Source: Octopus vulgaris
Taxonomy: Eukaryota
Length of the DNA stretch: 64,000 nt
Assembly (NCBI GenBank): GCA_951406725.2
Contig: OX597814.1
Coordinates: forward strand, 54,684,001 to 54,748,000
Reading direction: 5' to 3'
Both the position numbers and the translations under genes were made by a program. Position 1 is the first letter of the stretch; every line of letters starts with the position of its first letter. Below the pieces are notes generated by a model, which saw only the letters and a program-made list of their open reading frames with translations, did no database searches and was not told where the DNA came from. Shown piece after piece: positions 38,761-53,561 of the stretch.

Positions 38761-39726
38761 TTGGATCAAAGGGACCTTATTTTGCTCTTCGGCACTCGCT
38801 AAAATTAATGCATTAAATGAGAGGACAGATGGTCGAGATGTCAGTGATATGTAGCCTTGAATTACTATTTCTTCATCTATTTCTAAGTATTTTACATCTG
38901 GAAATTCATTTAACAGTTTGATGTCCGAAACAGTATAATAAGGCTTCAGTGTTCTGTTTATTTTCAATAGAGTTTTCAAGTATTGTGAATCACAACATGG
39001 AATAACCAATGGTGAGTCAACAATCTAATGTGCTGGTCGTCTAACGTTTAACGCATTAATCATTAAAACAGGATACAGATTTTATTTTGTAGGATCCAGC
39101 ATATTGTACGGTTGTACGCTATTAAATTGAAATAATGCTGGGGACAAACCTAGTTTTTCGTTATTCAAGGATAAATCAAGTATCAAATAAAAGTAATGAA
39201 CTATCTTAAGTCATCAAGTTAACTATGTTTACTTTTAAGAGCTATAATAATAAAAAGATATCAATATCTATCATCCTCCTTCATCACAGAGCAAGTTGTC
39301 TCGCCTGCCTGGGACATTCAATAGTCTTTAACGCTCCGCGTTCGTGTAAGGGAGCTTCCCCAGAGCGCTATTTAACAGTAAATCAGTGTGTAAACAAACC
39401 ACACACTATTTATGTGCGACCGACAAAGTTTATATTATTGGAGATGCTTTGGATTCGAAACTTAATTTTTGTTTCACATGTGCTACGCTACAACATATCA
39501 GCAAATAGACTTCACAGTATTTGTATATACGTCACAGGCCGGTGATTCAGTTCGTTTCGAAGCGAATTGAGTAAATGATACTGAGGAGATAGTGAAATAT
39601 CGATATATATCATTCTCGCTCGCCTCGGCGCACCTTGTTTGCTTGTCTGGGACATTGAATGCTCTTCAACACTCGGCGAGGCGTAAGGAGCTTTCCCAGG
39701 AAAACATCTACACTATGTATGTGCGA

Positions 39727-40142
39727 CCGGGATCCCAAAAGACCTCCTGTATGGGGAACTGGCTACCGGCACAAGTGCACGAGGATGACCTAATCTTCAT
39801 TTCAAGGACGTCTATAAGAGGGATATGGAGCCGCTTGATCTGGACGTCCTGAGATGGGAGGAGGCTGCAAATGATTGCCACACTGGAGACATATACTGCA
39901 AAAGGGGAGGAAGCAAGTGGAAGAAAAACAGGAACTCGCCATCAAAGAAAAGCGCACTCGACGGAAGGAAAAATCAGTAGCGCCGGCAGAGAGCTCCTTC
40001 CAATGCAGCCGCTGTATGCGTGACTGCCATTCCCGTATGGACCTGTACAGCCACAACAGACGGTACACCACCATCAACACGATTTCTTCGGGCGCGATCC
40101 ATGGCCTCTCGAGACCGTCGGTTACTTGCTAAATACTACTAT
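39727..40142 (+). mobile_element. RTE-clade LINE 3' end
   Basis: IPKDLLYGELATGTSARG*PNLHFKDVYKRDM..WEEAA..HWRHIL..EKRTRRK..FQCSRCMRDCHSRMDLYSHNRR; short 3'UTR with tactact tail. Confidence 0.92.
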
Positions 40143-40534
40143 GTTTAGGTAGTAAAAGAAACGCAGTCACTTGCAAATGCGTATGACTTGATATTGGTAT
40201 GAAGTTTTCCTTTCTCTAGATAATAGAATTATCTGTCTTATCAAGAAGAAAACAATTTTTTTTCATCTCAGTGTTCTTTATTAGAGAAAAGAAAGAAACA
40301 AAAAATAAAAAAAAAAACAGAAGAGAATAATGAAACAATAGTATAAAAATTAAAATACTCTCACCATCAGTAGGGATATTTCGGAAGACACTTACCTAGA
40401 ATAACATAGAAAAGTAAACATTAGGTAATTAACGTCGCAGTTTTAAATAAAACACTATAAACAATTCAGTTAATCAAAATTAATTTCATGTTATCTTTTA
40501 AAAACAAAGGTAAATGTACTCTTGACCTATTGGA

Positions 40535-40700
40535 TGTGGCATTGATAAAGAATAAGGTTAGCATTCCCTAAGGACTCACGATCATGGGTTCAATTCCCGA
40601 GTTGGGCAGCGTATTGTGTTCTAAAGTAAGGCATTTCAGTTCTCTTTGTTCTTGTCTATTTCGCTAAAAATGAGCACCAGCCGAGTACAGGTGCGGTCTT
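40535..40700 (+). mobile_element. tRNA-derived SINE (family D-like, degraded)
   Basis: B box gggttcaattccc followed by gggcagcgtattgtgttc. Confidence 0.55.
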
Positions 40701-43700
40701 CTCTCTCTTCTTCTGTTGGATGAAGAATGGCAGAACCGACAGGGTGTCTCTGTTTGCTTGCTATTACAGAGACACCCTAAAACATTTAGCGAAAAGCCCG
40801 GTACATGCTACTAAGTCAGACTAGCTTGGGAGTGACAGGTATACGTTTCTTTCTTTTCTTTGGACATATTTGCACCATTTTAACGACTTCTTACTCCAGA
40901 GGAATGACATTCGAGATTTTATGAGAATGTCAAAATTTTTAGACATAATTCTTCCACTTTCCTTCTTTTTGCTTTAAAAGAAAATATCTAATATCAGTAA
41001 TACATTCTTCCGATTTAAATACTGAGACACGGCCTCGTTATACTGGGTAGGTTTTATTCAATTTAATCGATGATCATTTAACTTCTTATGATGCTATGCA
41101 CATGAACAGAGTTTCTAACATTGACGAACAAGAAATAAATCTCTAGATTTATCCTTAGCCCTATTATACTGCTCATTGCTCCAAATATTTATCCACCTAT
41201 ATCTCCTGCATCTTACCTAGTATCCACCTTTACTTCAACGACCTTTCAATAAATATGAACCGCATGTCATGCTAACTTGCATAATCATTGTCGAAAAATA
41301 GCATTTCTTGTTATTTTATACACATCCTAACTAGGCTAGAATTTAGAACACGAAGCTGAAGTAATTTAGTTAAGTCATCACGAGTATGTATTTCATTCTA
41401 GTAACACTATACTTCAGAAGAAGATGACTTTAATGAGCCGAGACCTTTTCAGCACCTTCAGCTTTAAAAGAAACTCTATCTTTTAACTCCAACGTATACC
41501 AACCTAACACCTATTTATTATTACTTTATAAGGAAAATAATGTCAAAGATAAGAATATTACAGTTGCGTGAGTCAGAAAGGTACTGTTCTATTGGTGGAA
41601 AGATTATCTCAATGGCCTGTAAAGAGATACAATGAATAGTTACAGTCCATCACTGCAAGCACCAGGGGCATAGTAAACTATTTGACAGATGTTTTGTTTG
41701 ACTACTGTAAAGATGAAAACGGTAACGGTAAACTGCCTCAGTGTTTTATCCTTATATATGAGATAATTTTTACGTGATTGGGCGAAATACACGAAATAAC
41801 TGCTTGATCTCCTTCAAATCAAAGCCTACAATTCTAGGTCAGAATAAAGGCATGATGGTCATGGCTCAAATGCCCTTGACTATATGCTTCCTTGACTGGC
41901 TCTCTCGTTGTAAGTGTCCCTGTTTCAAAGCCATGGGAATATCGAGTTTGGTTCATTTAGTTTCCGGTTTTCGAGACCAAAAGTTATTTTCGTTCAAAGG
42001 GACAGTTCAGGATTGTGTAACGACCATCAACACTGACAGCTTGGCTAGCATTGATCAAGTGACTTGGCTTTACCTAAGAATCCGAGCTGCTTGGGTATTC
42101 GACCGTTAGAGAGATTATCACTTGCAGTAAAATACTTTATATTAGAGTATTGATTTATCATTGATGAAATATAAAGATAATTGTTAAATGAAAGAACATA
42201 TTAATTATTTAATCGAATCTAGTATTTATTTTATTGACTAAGAATGGAAAGACAAAATTGAAGTCATTGAGATGTGAACTTAAAATGTTGTGAAATGAAA
42301 CGAAATTCTGAAATGCCGACAGTTATCCTTTCTAAACACTGAACCAAGAACGAAATTTCTATGCGGTATCTTGTCCTGCTACAAATAACAACAAAATTTC
42401 TTCAAATCACACTCAACAGTCCTCAGAAAGGACGCATTGGACAATGTTGTGCTACATGAACAAAAACGAACGGTCACAGCTGAAAAATCTTTGATCATTA
42501 GTTTCTTTAATAACAACTAACATGGCTAATCAACAAAAACAACTGCGGCAGCATTTTGTAACTTTTCATTGGTTATAGGTAGCTGAGTATTGAACATATA
42601 TGATTTTGCTTTAAATGGTTGAATCAGAAGAGAAAGGCCAGTGTCCGTATTACTTTTAAGGGTTTTCCAGACTGATGAACGTAAATTATCTCGAAGCAGG
42701 AGAACGGATCCGCATGTTTGCAAACAATAAATTCCACTAAAGGAATGTAAGGACCAAGTGGTGGCGTTACATGAGGTAAACAGGTTAAGTTCATATTTTA
42801 TAAATATATAAAGATATATCGTTGGATTACAAGCCTGGCTATATATCTAGTTCCATAGGTCGAATCACAACAACATCGACTTAGTAATTATTCCAAGAGT
42901 ATAACGAAATTTATATACAAAAGTATATAAATTACAGGCTAAGTAAAACTCGACAGTCTTGATAAAACAACATCAAATCCATAGTAGAAAGAAAGAAGAA
43001 TAGTGAAGTTACACAGTCCAAACTGTATCACATTCAGCCGCATAGAGCAGATATTCAAAGTGAAAATAACTAGAATGTGAGAAGCAAACCTATTGCTTTA
43101 ATTTCAGTATGATCTTTCTGACCGTATTCTATTTCCAGTAACCCATTTTAGATTTTAGCGGTGTTTTCATCATTATTATTATAATTGCCTGTAATTAATC
43201 CGATCGTATTCACCAACCGGTATATATTTCGCTGATGCTAAAAGAGCTCAATATACACGTACACATACATACAAATGATTATTTCTGTAGTGGAGAGTAA
43301 CCTCAGAAGTTAATTGAACACCTAAATTTTAAAGTTTGTAGCGGTTAGCAAATTTTTTTTTTCTTAAAAAGGAAAACTTTGATGTTACATACAAAATTCG
43401 AAGCCCTTGAATAATTTCGTGTTTTGTATTTGAAAACAAATATGTTTTACATAATACAGCGAGTTCTCATTTTCCCCCGTTTGTAAATCTAAACGCAATG
43501 ACGCATACATCCATAAATATATGCATACACGCACAGTTGCGCGCACACACGTACATACACACGCATGCGCGCGCACACACACACACACACAGAAAGAGAG
43601 AGAAAAGAGAATGGGTTCAAAATCCTGCCGCAGTCAACGTTACTTGTCATCCACTTGTAGCTGATCGAACAACTGAGAACGAAACTCTGACCTAGATCCA

Positions 43701-43704
43701 TTTA

Positions 43705-43759
<55 letters not shown>

Positions 43760-43800
43760 TAATATATATCTTGAATTTATAATATAACAATCATTGATAA

Positions 43801-43988
43801 GACGGCGAGCAGGTAGAACCGTTAGCACGCCGGGTATAATGCTTAGAAGCATTTCGTTCATCTTTACGTTCTGAGCTCAAATTGCTTTTCGGGGTCGATA
43901 AAATAAGTACCGCTTAAGCACTGGGCTCCATGTAATCGACTAACTCCGCCCCCAAAATTGCTGGCATTGTACCATCATTTGAAACCAG
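43801..43988 (+). mobile_element. SINE family A with TSD and internal deletion
   Basis: tataacaa(t/a)cattgat on both sides; core tttcggggtcgataaaataagtac. Confidence 0.88.
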
Positions 43989-45769
43989 TATAACAAACAT
44001 TGATTTCTCAAATGAGCACAGTGAGCTATATATTTATAAAGAAACAGTATATTCGGTTCAGTTGGTCACACCATATTACTGATATTTATACCATTGATCT
44101 CGCACGGGAGAGGAATGAATGATGGGATTTGAAAGCTAGACATAAAGGAACGAATTTAAGTATTTATATTCGTTTAATTCTTCTTACTGTTGGATGTATG
44201 TTTGCAACGAGTCTATATTAGCACAACAAGATTTTATAACTCTTGCACAAGGACACATATTTGTAAGGAATAGATTATACTTGATTGAACTGATCAGTGT
44301 GAAGATTAAAGATTAAGTAAAAGACGATGGAATTAAACTCAGACATTAACGAGCCTGAGTATAATTGAGTACGGAGAGGATTTTGCTTTGGCTGTCTACC
44401 ATTTCTGCTATTTCATCGCCTTTCTGTTAACAAACATTTTATGAAGAACGAAAGTTACCACACAAGCAAACATTCTAACTACTAAAAACGTAACATTAGA
44501 ACGAGAAGTTTTAATAATTGTAACTAATTTTCAACGTATTTGAAATATGTTCAGTATTGCTGCTTACTCTCTTGGTTATACTTAAATGTAACTGATAATA
44601 TTGATTAATACCTGGTAGCAGCATCTGTAGTTGGTGAACATGAGATGCATCTCATAACGCCACTTATTGTCTACAAAAGTTTTGGACAGATTTCAAAATG
44701 AACTTAATTTTTGTGCAATTATTTCGTAAAATTATTTTTAAAATGATATCAGTCTAACCAGTTTACTGTTATTTAATACACAGGTCCCAAGGAGAGGCTC
44801 AGAGATTCTGCAAACCGAGTTCTATTTCTTGTTAAAATTGCCTTATTCAATCTATCATTGCTATTGTAAAATGTACGAACGTGAATAGCGCTCAAAATTC
44901 AACACCTTAAAATAAACAGGAATGGTTTCAAAAACGAAAAAAATACAATACCAGCTAGATTAATTATGGCTTATACAGGAAAAGGCACGAAGATCTTGAT
45001 TTGCTAACTTTTCTTTTCTTTATTCTCGTTCCACTTTTTGCATCAACCTGTTTTGCAATTTTCTTCCCGTTCTCATGCTTTCTCACCGACCAGCATCTTG
45101 GTTTTCAAATAGGCCCTAACGATATGCAATGAGCCTGACAAATTGGTTGGAGACAAATGGCATGTTATATAATTTGCCAAATTATTCTATCTCTACAGCA
45201 TGAAACTATTAGTAGCTCTTTTTAAGATTGTGCAATATATATATATGTACATAGTGTATGGGTGTGAGTGTGTGAGTGTATATAGTTTCTATGTAACAAC
45301 GTGATAGGGCACCATATGTTTTTGTGCAAAACGTCAAAGTGCTTAATACACAGTCACAGAGACCCATACTCGTATCCAAGAATCTGGACGACAAATTCAC
45401 TGTCGTAGATGTTGAACCAAAAGACAATAACAGCGTTGCACACCGCGTGTGATGTCACTGGCATTCTGTTTTCGATGTGTTTCCATGTTTTCTACAAATG
45501 TCTTTTGATACATGGGTTTTTAGCTATTGATATGATACTCAACATTCACTGGAAGGGCACCAACAGCTTACCTCGAGTTTGTAGTGCTCTTATATGAATA
45601 TAAAAACGCAGAGACATAACATACGAGAAAAAATGAGTTTATTAAGTAACTGATACATGCAAGAAGTCCGTAAATATTTCAAGAACTTAATTGAACTATC
45701 CCTAGTTTAAGCTTTTTGCAAGTAACTTGATCTGAGATTGATAATTGAGACTAAACTCATTGTATCTTG

Positions 45770-47060
45770 CTACAGTCATTATATCCATCAAAAGACATAC
45801 AAACTGTTAGACGCTCAGTGGTTTACACAAGCTACAATGCAGGAGTTTGGACAGAAAACCCGGCCTGCAATTCTTGGAGAAAACTACCTACACTTAAAAC
45901 TGGATGATACTTGACGATCATCATCCGAAACGCGAAGGATTTTGTACATCGCCCAGCCAATAATCTTTCTCGCCACAAAACTGCAACTATTTGACGGAAT
46001 CTTCATTTTCTACACTCGACAATTATGATTGTGCTGTCAGAAGGCTCCCACATTTACAACAATCTTTACCTACAACCCACATTGCATATAAGGGTTAAAT
46101 GTCATCGAAAATTATATATTTCTGTTTCACCGGACTTAACTTCCATCGTCACACATGCTCGCGCGCACATGCACACATACACACGCATTCACATCAAGTG
46201 CGAAAGTAACTCTGATCGCTTCAAACCAATAAGGCCACGCGCCTTCATAATGTTCCTTCCATAATTCAACAACATTGTGCCCAACAGCCCAGGCTTTCAA
46301 TTTTCTCTCTACAGGAATACTTTCTCAATCTTTGGAATGATGCTGCTGTGTTTCCTATTTTGAGGACGGATATCTCTGCTATCCCTGGCTAACTGTTAGC
46401 CTATCACACTCAATTCACTCTCAGCATTTCAAAAGAGATGGAGATATCTAATAGTGATATCTTCTCTATCTTGTTACCTATCTCAGTCTTTAATGGCCAC
46501 ACTTTCCTATGTCACTCATTTAAAGACCCACCACACAGACAAATTTGGTGAAAACACCGTTGTTGCCATCGACATCAGCAAAGAGCTCAACCGTGTCTAT
46601 CACGTAAATCTGCTGTCAAATCTACTCGCCTGTGGGTTCTATTCGTATTTCATTACTTGTTTCTCCCATATCGTACTGTCAAAGTATATATGAAACTCTC
46701 TCTGGCTTACACTCTATCAATTCAATCCCCACCGTTAGATTTCTGCCTCACGCACGCTTCCAATTACTTATTTTCCGTCAGCTCCAGCAGCACACTCTTT
46801 CAACGATTTCTTGATGTCATCTTCTTCAACGCCCATCCTAACAGAAATAATATCACCCTTCTTTCTTCACATTCTGTACCTAAGTGTCATTGACACGCAA
46901 TTTAGACTCGTCACGCTAAATGCAAAAAAAAACCCCTTCAAATACATTTGCCAATGAAGTCAAGACAATCTTGTCTCCTTTAACAGCAAAAAGACAGTTA
47001 CTGCACATGCCAAGATAACATTATCGCTTCTCCCTCTTTAACATGAACATCTCCAGCAGG
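45770..47060 (+). mobile_element. Degraded CR1-superclade LINE ORF2 remnant
   Basis: FGENTVVAIDISKELNRVYHVNLLSNLLACGFY (cf. FGET.AVALDISKAFDRVWH) and Q*SQDNLVSFNSKKT; the 5' boundary is uncertain. Confidence 0.8.
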
Positions 47061-47094
47061 ATCCCTCATGATCGCTTCAACTGCTTGAAGCGAT

Positions 47095-47271
47095 CTCTAC
47101 GTTCTGAGTTCAAATTCCACCGCGGTCCAATTTGCCCTTCATCCGTTTGAGATCGATAAAATAAGTACCACTTAAGCACTGGGATCGATGTAATCAATTT
47201 ACCCACCTCTTCCAAAATTTTAGGTTTTGTGCTTGTCGAGAATATTATTATTGTTGTTGTTGTTGTTGTTG

Positions 47272-47322
<51 letters not shown>

Positions 47323-47530
47323 GAAAGGCGGAGAGCAGAATCGTTAGCACTTCGGGCGAAATGCTTAGCGGTATTTCACCCATTCTGAGTTCAATTTCCC
47401 CAGAGGTCGACTTTGCATTTCATCCTTTCAGGGTCGATAACATAAGTACCAGTTGAACACTGGGGTCGATTTAACCGACTCATCCCCTCTCCCGAAATTT
47501 CTGCCCCTGTGGAAAAATTTGAAACCATTA
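47095..47530 (+). mobile_element. Two tandem SINE family A copies separated by (TTG)n(TTA)n
   Basis: Cores at ~47135 and ~47420; microsatellite at 47243-47322. Confidence 0.9.
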
Positions 47531-48315
47531 TTATCATTATTACTGAGTGAGAGAACAGGGCATGCCATCAAAGTGACACTGGGGTAACGTATATGAATCC
47601 CACTATACCCATCATGACTACCCGTCTAATAAGGATACACCAGGCTATGCATCACAACCATATGTAAAACTAGACCAGATACATGTTTATAAAAGACACA
47701 CACACACATACACATACGCACGCACGCATGCACACACAACTAGAAGCGCGAGGTGAAGAGTCATTGTCATCATTAAAATTTCACGCACTGCTATATTTAC
47801 ATGGCAATTTTTTTACTTTGTAATAATAATACATATTATCAAATATCAAAGTCTTTACTCTGATACTCTTAGAAATACAACTATAAAATAAATAGGAAAA
47901 TCAAACAAAAGCAAAAACGAAAATAATACAAAAACAAAAAAAAAAAATTTTTTTGAAATCAATGCCAGCAATTGGTTTTTATACACAGTAACAATAAAAT
48001 TGTATTTATAGATACTTTTTAGGTATCAATATTCGCGATACTTTTGATATTTAAACTTGGAACAGTCACTATTGGGATTAATGTTTTTTTTCAGGACTAA
48101 TAAACTTGTTTATTTTTACATATGTGAATTGTATCTACATATTTTGGCAGGGTATCAACAAAAAACATTTGCTTCTAACACAGAATTTCAATGCTCATTA
48201 TTCACTGTCACAGATCTTTGTCAGAAATAAGGAATGCACAAAGATATATATGCCTCACCACTCACACATAACTTTCTGCGTGCGCGCGTAGCTGCCTGCC
48301 TGTCAGTCAGTCTGC

Positions 48316-48372
<57 letters not shown>

Positions 48373-48545
48373 GATCTATCTATCTATCGATCTATCTATC
48401 TATCTATGTATTATTATTCATAAAAAAATGTATCATTGATTGAAGGGTCACTCAATACTTTTAAGTTGAATATCACATTTATGTATCTTGACTTCGAAGT
48501 CTCGGCTTCGTTGTCTTCATCAGAACTTCGAAGTAACTGTCTACC

Positions 48546-48640
<95 letters not shown>

Positions 48641-49528
48641 CGTGGTCTGATCAATAAGTATCCGGACAGTTGCCATAGTAACGATGCTAAAATACGCACA
48701 GTGAAACCGCTTGACACAGTTTGACCTTGAACTCTGTTGTGCATGGGCACTAAGTTTTAACGTTCTAGCTTGTTTCCATTGTTTATAGCAGTGCTTGGAA
48801 GAACTGTGTAGCGTGTGATCGTCGCATTGACTATAGCAGAGAAAGTTGAGCAGAGAATCTGCATCAAATTTTGCCAAAAGCTTGGCGATACCTGCTCTGA
48901 AGCCTTCGCAAAGTTTTCAAAAAGTTTTCATCGTTCTCGACACAAGGAAGTTAGATCTTGTGCAACTGAAACCCGAGTGTCTTTTTGGTCGGCTGAAAGC
49001 AGTTTTGGCACAGACTTGGCAGACACGCGTCTCATACCCAAATCTTCAATGATAACAGACTGAACTGAATCGTAACTAATCTACACATCTTCGGATAACT
49101 CACGGATGGTAATTCGACGATTTTCCATTACAGCTGCACGCACATTTGCAATGTTTTTCTCAGTTATGCTGGTTGCAAGTCTCCCAGAACGTTCGTCACT
49201 ATAGAAATTTTTGCGGCCATCTTGGAAACGTTTGAACAACTCGTGCACTTGTGTTCATACACACCTCTCCATACACTTTCTGCAACTTTGCGTAGTCCTC
49301 TGAGCAGGTATCGCCATAGCAACTTTCTGTATCATGATCGATGCGACGATCACACGCTACACACATTAATTCCAAGCACTCCTGTAAACAGCGGAAGCGA
49401 GCTAGAGCGTTAAAACTTACTGCGCATGCACAACAGAGTCCAAGGTCAATCTTTGCCAAGCGGCTTTACTCTGCGTGCTTTAGCTTCCTTACTATGGCGA
49501 CAGTCCGGATACTTATTGATCAACCTCG
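48641..49528. mobile_element. Palindromic mariner derivative made of two inverted 5' ends
   Basis: TA flanks; TIR cg(t/a)ggt(c)tgatcaataagtatccggac; 48641-48928 pairs with ~49270-49528; EQRICIKFCQKLGDTCSEA on +; FKRFQDGRK..DERSGR..NRRITIRELSE..LGMRRVSAKSVPKLL on -. Confidence 0.93.
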
Positions 49529-49556
49529 TATATATATGTCCGTCCGTTTGTCTGAG

Positions 49557-49596
<40 letters not shown>

Positions 49597-49604
49597 CATC
49601 TTTA

Positions 49605-49985
49605 TTGCTTTCTTGTTTCAGTCATTGGATTGCAGCCATGCTGGAGCATCACCTTGAAGTGTTTAGTCGAATAAATCCTACTCTGTCCTCTTTTTAGATA
49701 TTTCTTCGTAAGCCTGGTGCTTATTTTATCGGTCATTTTGCCGAACCATAAGGATATGAGGACGTAAACAAACCAACACTGGTTGTCATACGGTGGTGAA
49801 GGATAAACACACACACACACACACACACACACAAATATATACATATATATGACGGGCTTCTTTCGGCTTATGCCTACCAAATCTATACAGAAATTTTAGT
49901 CGGCCCATGCCTATAGTAGAAGACACTTACTCACGGTGCTACGTAGTGAGACTGAGCTCGGAGCCATGTAATTGGGAAGCTAAAT
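49605..49985 (-). mobile_element. SINE family B
   Basis: cttgtttcagtcattggattgcagccatgctggagc tail; ctatagtagaagacactt. Confidence 0.85.
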
Positions 49986-50014
49986 TATCACCCAGTTACG
50001 TCACATATGCACAT

Positions 50015-50075
<61 letters not shown>

Positions 50076-50720
50076 CACACATCGTGGTGGATGAAATAAA
50101 TATGATTCAAATACTGCGTTTGATTTCATTGAAATCGTTTGCTTTCCCTGAAACACTTTTTTGACTTGTGACCCTTCTCTTCCCAGAGAGTATTAAGCTG
50201 AAGGTGGGACGTGTTCTATAATAGCCTTGGTGAGATTGCCGAGCAAAGTGCTTAAATATGATAGAAATTTATATTTGTTCCCGAAAAGAAACAAAATTTC
50301 TGTGATAAGCGTAGTTAGTTATACTTTGTACGTAAATAATTAGATTTCGGTATCAGCCAATTACGTCGATAATTAGTTGAATGCATTTCATTTATGAATG
50401 TTTTTATATGATCAATTGCTATATTCTTTGGCTTGTTCTCATTAATGGGTTTACGGAGGAGGGTTTATTAATTCTGTGATTAATTATTTTGCATTAGATT
50501 CTAGGCTCTCTCTGTAGATTTGTGGCATTTTAAAAGTTACATAATTGTACATTCACTACTGTGTTATTGATAAAACAATTCCTACAAATTAGTGAAGTGG
50601 ACGATTAAACAAGTACTAAATCCATTAGTGAAGTAATTAATGATCACTCCGTTCTCTTTGTTGACTTTTCTCTTCATTAAACAATTATTCTAAAGCTTCA
50701 ATATTATATGGTGAGTTTAA

Positions 50721-50932
50721 GGAGGCGAGCTGGCAGAATCGTTAGAACACTGGGAAAAATGCTTAGCAGCGTTTCGTCCATCTTTACGTCTTGTGTTCCA
50801 ATTCCGCCGATGTCGATTTTGCCTTTCATCATCTCGGGATCGATAAAGTAAGTACCAGTTGAACACTGGGGTCAATTTAATCGACTTACCCTCTACCCCG
50901 AAATTATTGGCCTTGTGCCAAAATGTGAATTC
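50721..50932 (+). mobile_element. SINE family A with ~20-bp imperfect TSD
   Basis: ttcaatattatatggtgagt before and ttcaatagcatatggcgagt after. Confidence 0.9.
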
Positions 50933-51544
50933 AATAGCATATGGCGAGTGCTGAACAACGGTCGTATCGCAGAATCAGTAGAGCAACGGGCAAAATGTTC
51001 TCTTCCATGTTCCCAAAGTCGATAAAATAAGTATCAAACAAACATTCAGCTCAATCTAATCCATCTGACCTACTTCAGATAACAGAAATCATTAGTAGCG
51101 GAACCCCGTCAAACGAAAGCAAAGTTATCCACTAAAAGGATACCTTTGTAGTTCCCACTATACTTCGTCAGGTTGGCAGGTCATTTCATAAAAAGAACAC
51201 ATTACAGCTTTGATATTTATACCTTTTCAATCCAGATATAAAACTCCGGGTCCAGAAGGAGTGATATCGTTCAGTTATTGAATGTTTCAAAGAGTACAAT
51301 TAACATAGAAAACATGAAATAAGTAGAAATGAGAATCGAAACCGGCTCGAAAAATTTCAGTTTAACCAGAGGTAACCTTTCCCAGTTTCTATCAAACGCA
51401 TATCACATGATGAAGCATTCCCTGGTGAACAAATTCCTTGATACGTTAATTTACTCATTTGTATTCTTGTAGCTGAAATATATGCATGTGTGTGTATGTG
51501 TGCGTGTGAGTGTCTGTCCATATACGTATGTACACATACATACA

Positions 51545-51602
<58 letters not shown>

Positions 51603-52100
51603 TACTCACATATAAACACACATACACAAGCATATGTTTATACATGTATCTATGTATGGCTGTATGTGCATATGTTAGTATGTATGTATATACACACATA
51701 TACTAATGAAAGGATGTAATCATCCAGTAACCTATTACATCGTTCAAAATATAAAATGTCAGGTATTTAACAAATCATTAGGGAGCTTCCTTGTTTTTTT
51801 TTAAAATGTGCTTTCCATAACTAATTGCCTGTGCAGTAGCGCTAATTAGAGTAAAGTTGTTTATCACGTATTGTTGAAAACTGATATCCAACTCCAAGAT
51901 AGCTATGGAATTCTAAGTAGTTTGCTTTTCTAACCAGTCATATGGTATCTTTCTTGAATCTGGCTTTGCTTTTCATGGGAGTTTGATTTGGGCCCAATAC
52001 CGCTGAGAATGGTTATTTTCACTTAAAGAAATTATGTAATATGAACATACTTTCGTTGAAAGGAACAAGGTAAAAATATCAACACACACACACCCACACG

Positions 52101-52183
<83 letters not shown>

Positions 52184-52727
52184 TATGTGAGCACGTGAGC
52201 AGAAAAAAAAAAACGAAGGGAGGGGAAGCGAAAACTGAAGAAGCGAGCGAGTGACACGTAGAAGAAAATATTTCAGATAGAAGACAGTAGAACGTCTTGT
52301 AGAAAGCTGTAGGGAAGACGAGAGGGCGAGAAAGAAAGACTCGTGTAACAAGACAGATACTCACTTAAATAGCTAAGCTGTGAAAGGAAGAATGAAAATC
52401 ACGTTGACAGATGAAGAGAGAGTTGTGGATATAGAAATCTCAACAAGTAATAAAAAAGTTGGCGGTTGTCAACAAGTCGGTAATACTGCTGAACTTTATA
52501 TAGGTTCCATTTGAATCGAATTTACATGAATGATAAACTTACTAAATGCATATAATATACCAAGATTCTTGATCGGAACTATATCATATCATTATATCAA
52601 TTCATCTGAAAACCTCAAGTAATTTTATAGCTTAGTAAATGAAATTTTATTTTGATACACTTGAGCGTATCTTATTTACTAAAGATTTATGTTGGTGTGA
52701 AATTGTCATTACGTTAATTAAAGTGAA

Positions 52728-52806
<79 letters not shown>

Positions 52807-52877
52807 AGTTGTGGTGTCACAGCATCTCCGTGGCGTTAAAGCCGAAAGAATTTGAAGAAATTAAAGAATATATAATA

Positions 52878-53547
<670 letters not shown>

Positions 53548-53561
53548 ATATGTCTATATAT

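Noticed and set aside
38605-39009. 134-aa minus-strand ORF
   Set aside because: The C-terminal third is SINE B sequence; no recognisable domain and no ATG start
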